Part shown: piece after piece, positions 63,260 to 64,000 of the stretch | Numbering within the stretch: the first letter of the stretch is position 1 | Layout of the letters: each line of letters starts with the position of its first letter | Origin: Epiperipatus broadwayi | Lineage: Eukaryota; Animalia; Onychophora | DNA: 64,000 nucleotides | Direction of reading: 5' to 3' | NCBI GenBank assembly: GCA_028023455.1 | Contig: JAQFVV010000005.1 | Coordinates: 20,646,001 to 20,710,000 of the forward strand | Notes under the pieces: model-generated | Seen by the model: only the letters and a program-made list of their open reading frames with translations | Told to the model about the DNA's origin: nothing | Databases searched by the model: none | Translations under genes and position numbers: made by a program

Positions 63260-64000
63260 TAATGATCTTTAAGCAAAAATATTATATTAATTTTTGTAAG
63301 ATGAAAAAAAGTTAGAAGCCACCATTGCTGCGGTTGCTCACTCATTATGCCTTTTTCAAGAGGCTTTTTAAAAATTAGAAAACTTGCTTTCCAGATTTTC
63401 ATATTAAAGTATTTTAACAATTTCAAATTATAGCTTTTAATTTATAAATACATATTTAGAAAGGTGTTGTACTCAGGATACTGATGGGATCCATAGATAG
63501 TGAAATAAATTTTAGGTAAATTAACCATTCAAGATTATATCCCGTTGCCTTTTAGAATAAGATCACGTGAGATCCTTAAAAGAACAGCAAAACGTTGATG
63601 GAAAACACTTTTATGATTGTTTCTGTAATTGAACAACACAACTAAGAATGTAAAGAGGTGACAATTCAACAACGTGATGCTTCAAAAACAAATACAGGAT
63701 ATTCTCAGAAAAGAATTACACCAACTTCTTCATGGTATAAACGTGTGTAGATCTAAACAAAACCTTGTCTTTTCTGATAAAAGATTACTTAAAAAATTTA
63801 AAAAGATCTGTAATGTAATCAATAGACTACCCCTGAATACAACACAATATACTTTAATTTGGAAGTATGAGATATTCTGGAGAATATTGTATCAGGGCAT
63901 AAACTATAGATTTCATAAAATCTGCAGTAACAAAATACAATTATAAAATATAAACTTAGCAACCTCTCAAAATGTTCATTACTATTTTTCAAAAGCTGCT

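Overview
This is AT-rich, CpG-depleted eukaryotic (probably invertebrate) DNA with no confidently identifiable host gene; it is dominated by retroelements. A 6.4-kb L1/Tx1-like LINE (12750-19148, minus strand, 17-bp target-site duplication [TSD], very long repeat-containing ORF1, YMDD reverse transcriptase [RT]) sits inside a Penelope-like element (PLE). There are further PLE remnants, several RTE LINE fragments (one interrupted by a second L1-like element), tRNA-derived SINEs, a 97-bp tandem array derived from initiator tRNA-Met, palindromic inserts and microsatellites. The most striking signal is about 13 minimal type-I hammerhead ribozyme (HHR) motifs from at least 6 sequence families. They occur at PLE 3' ends (two families show a U3-A8 covariant core), in two non-coding retrozyme-like insertions with ~450-490-nt monomers, inverted junctions and 14-18-bp TSDs, and downstream of a tRNA-like head. 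Most individual HHR copies carry decay mutations, so activity is inferred only for family consensus sequences. All alignments and folds were done by eye.
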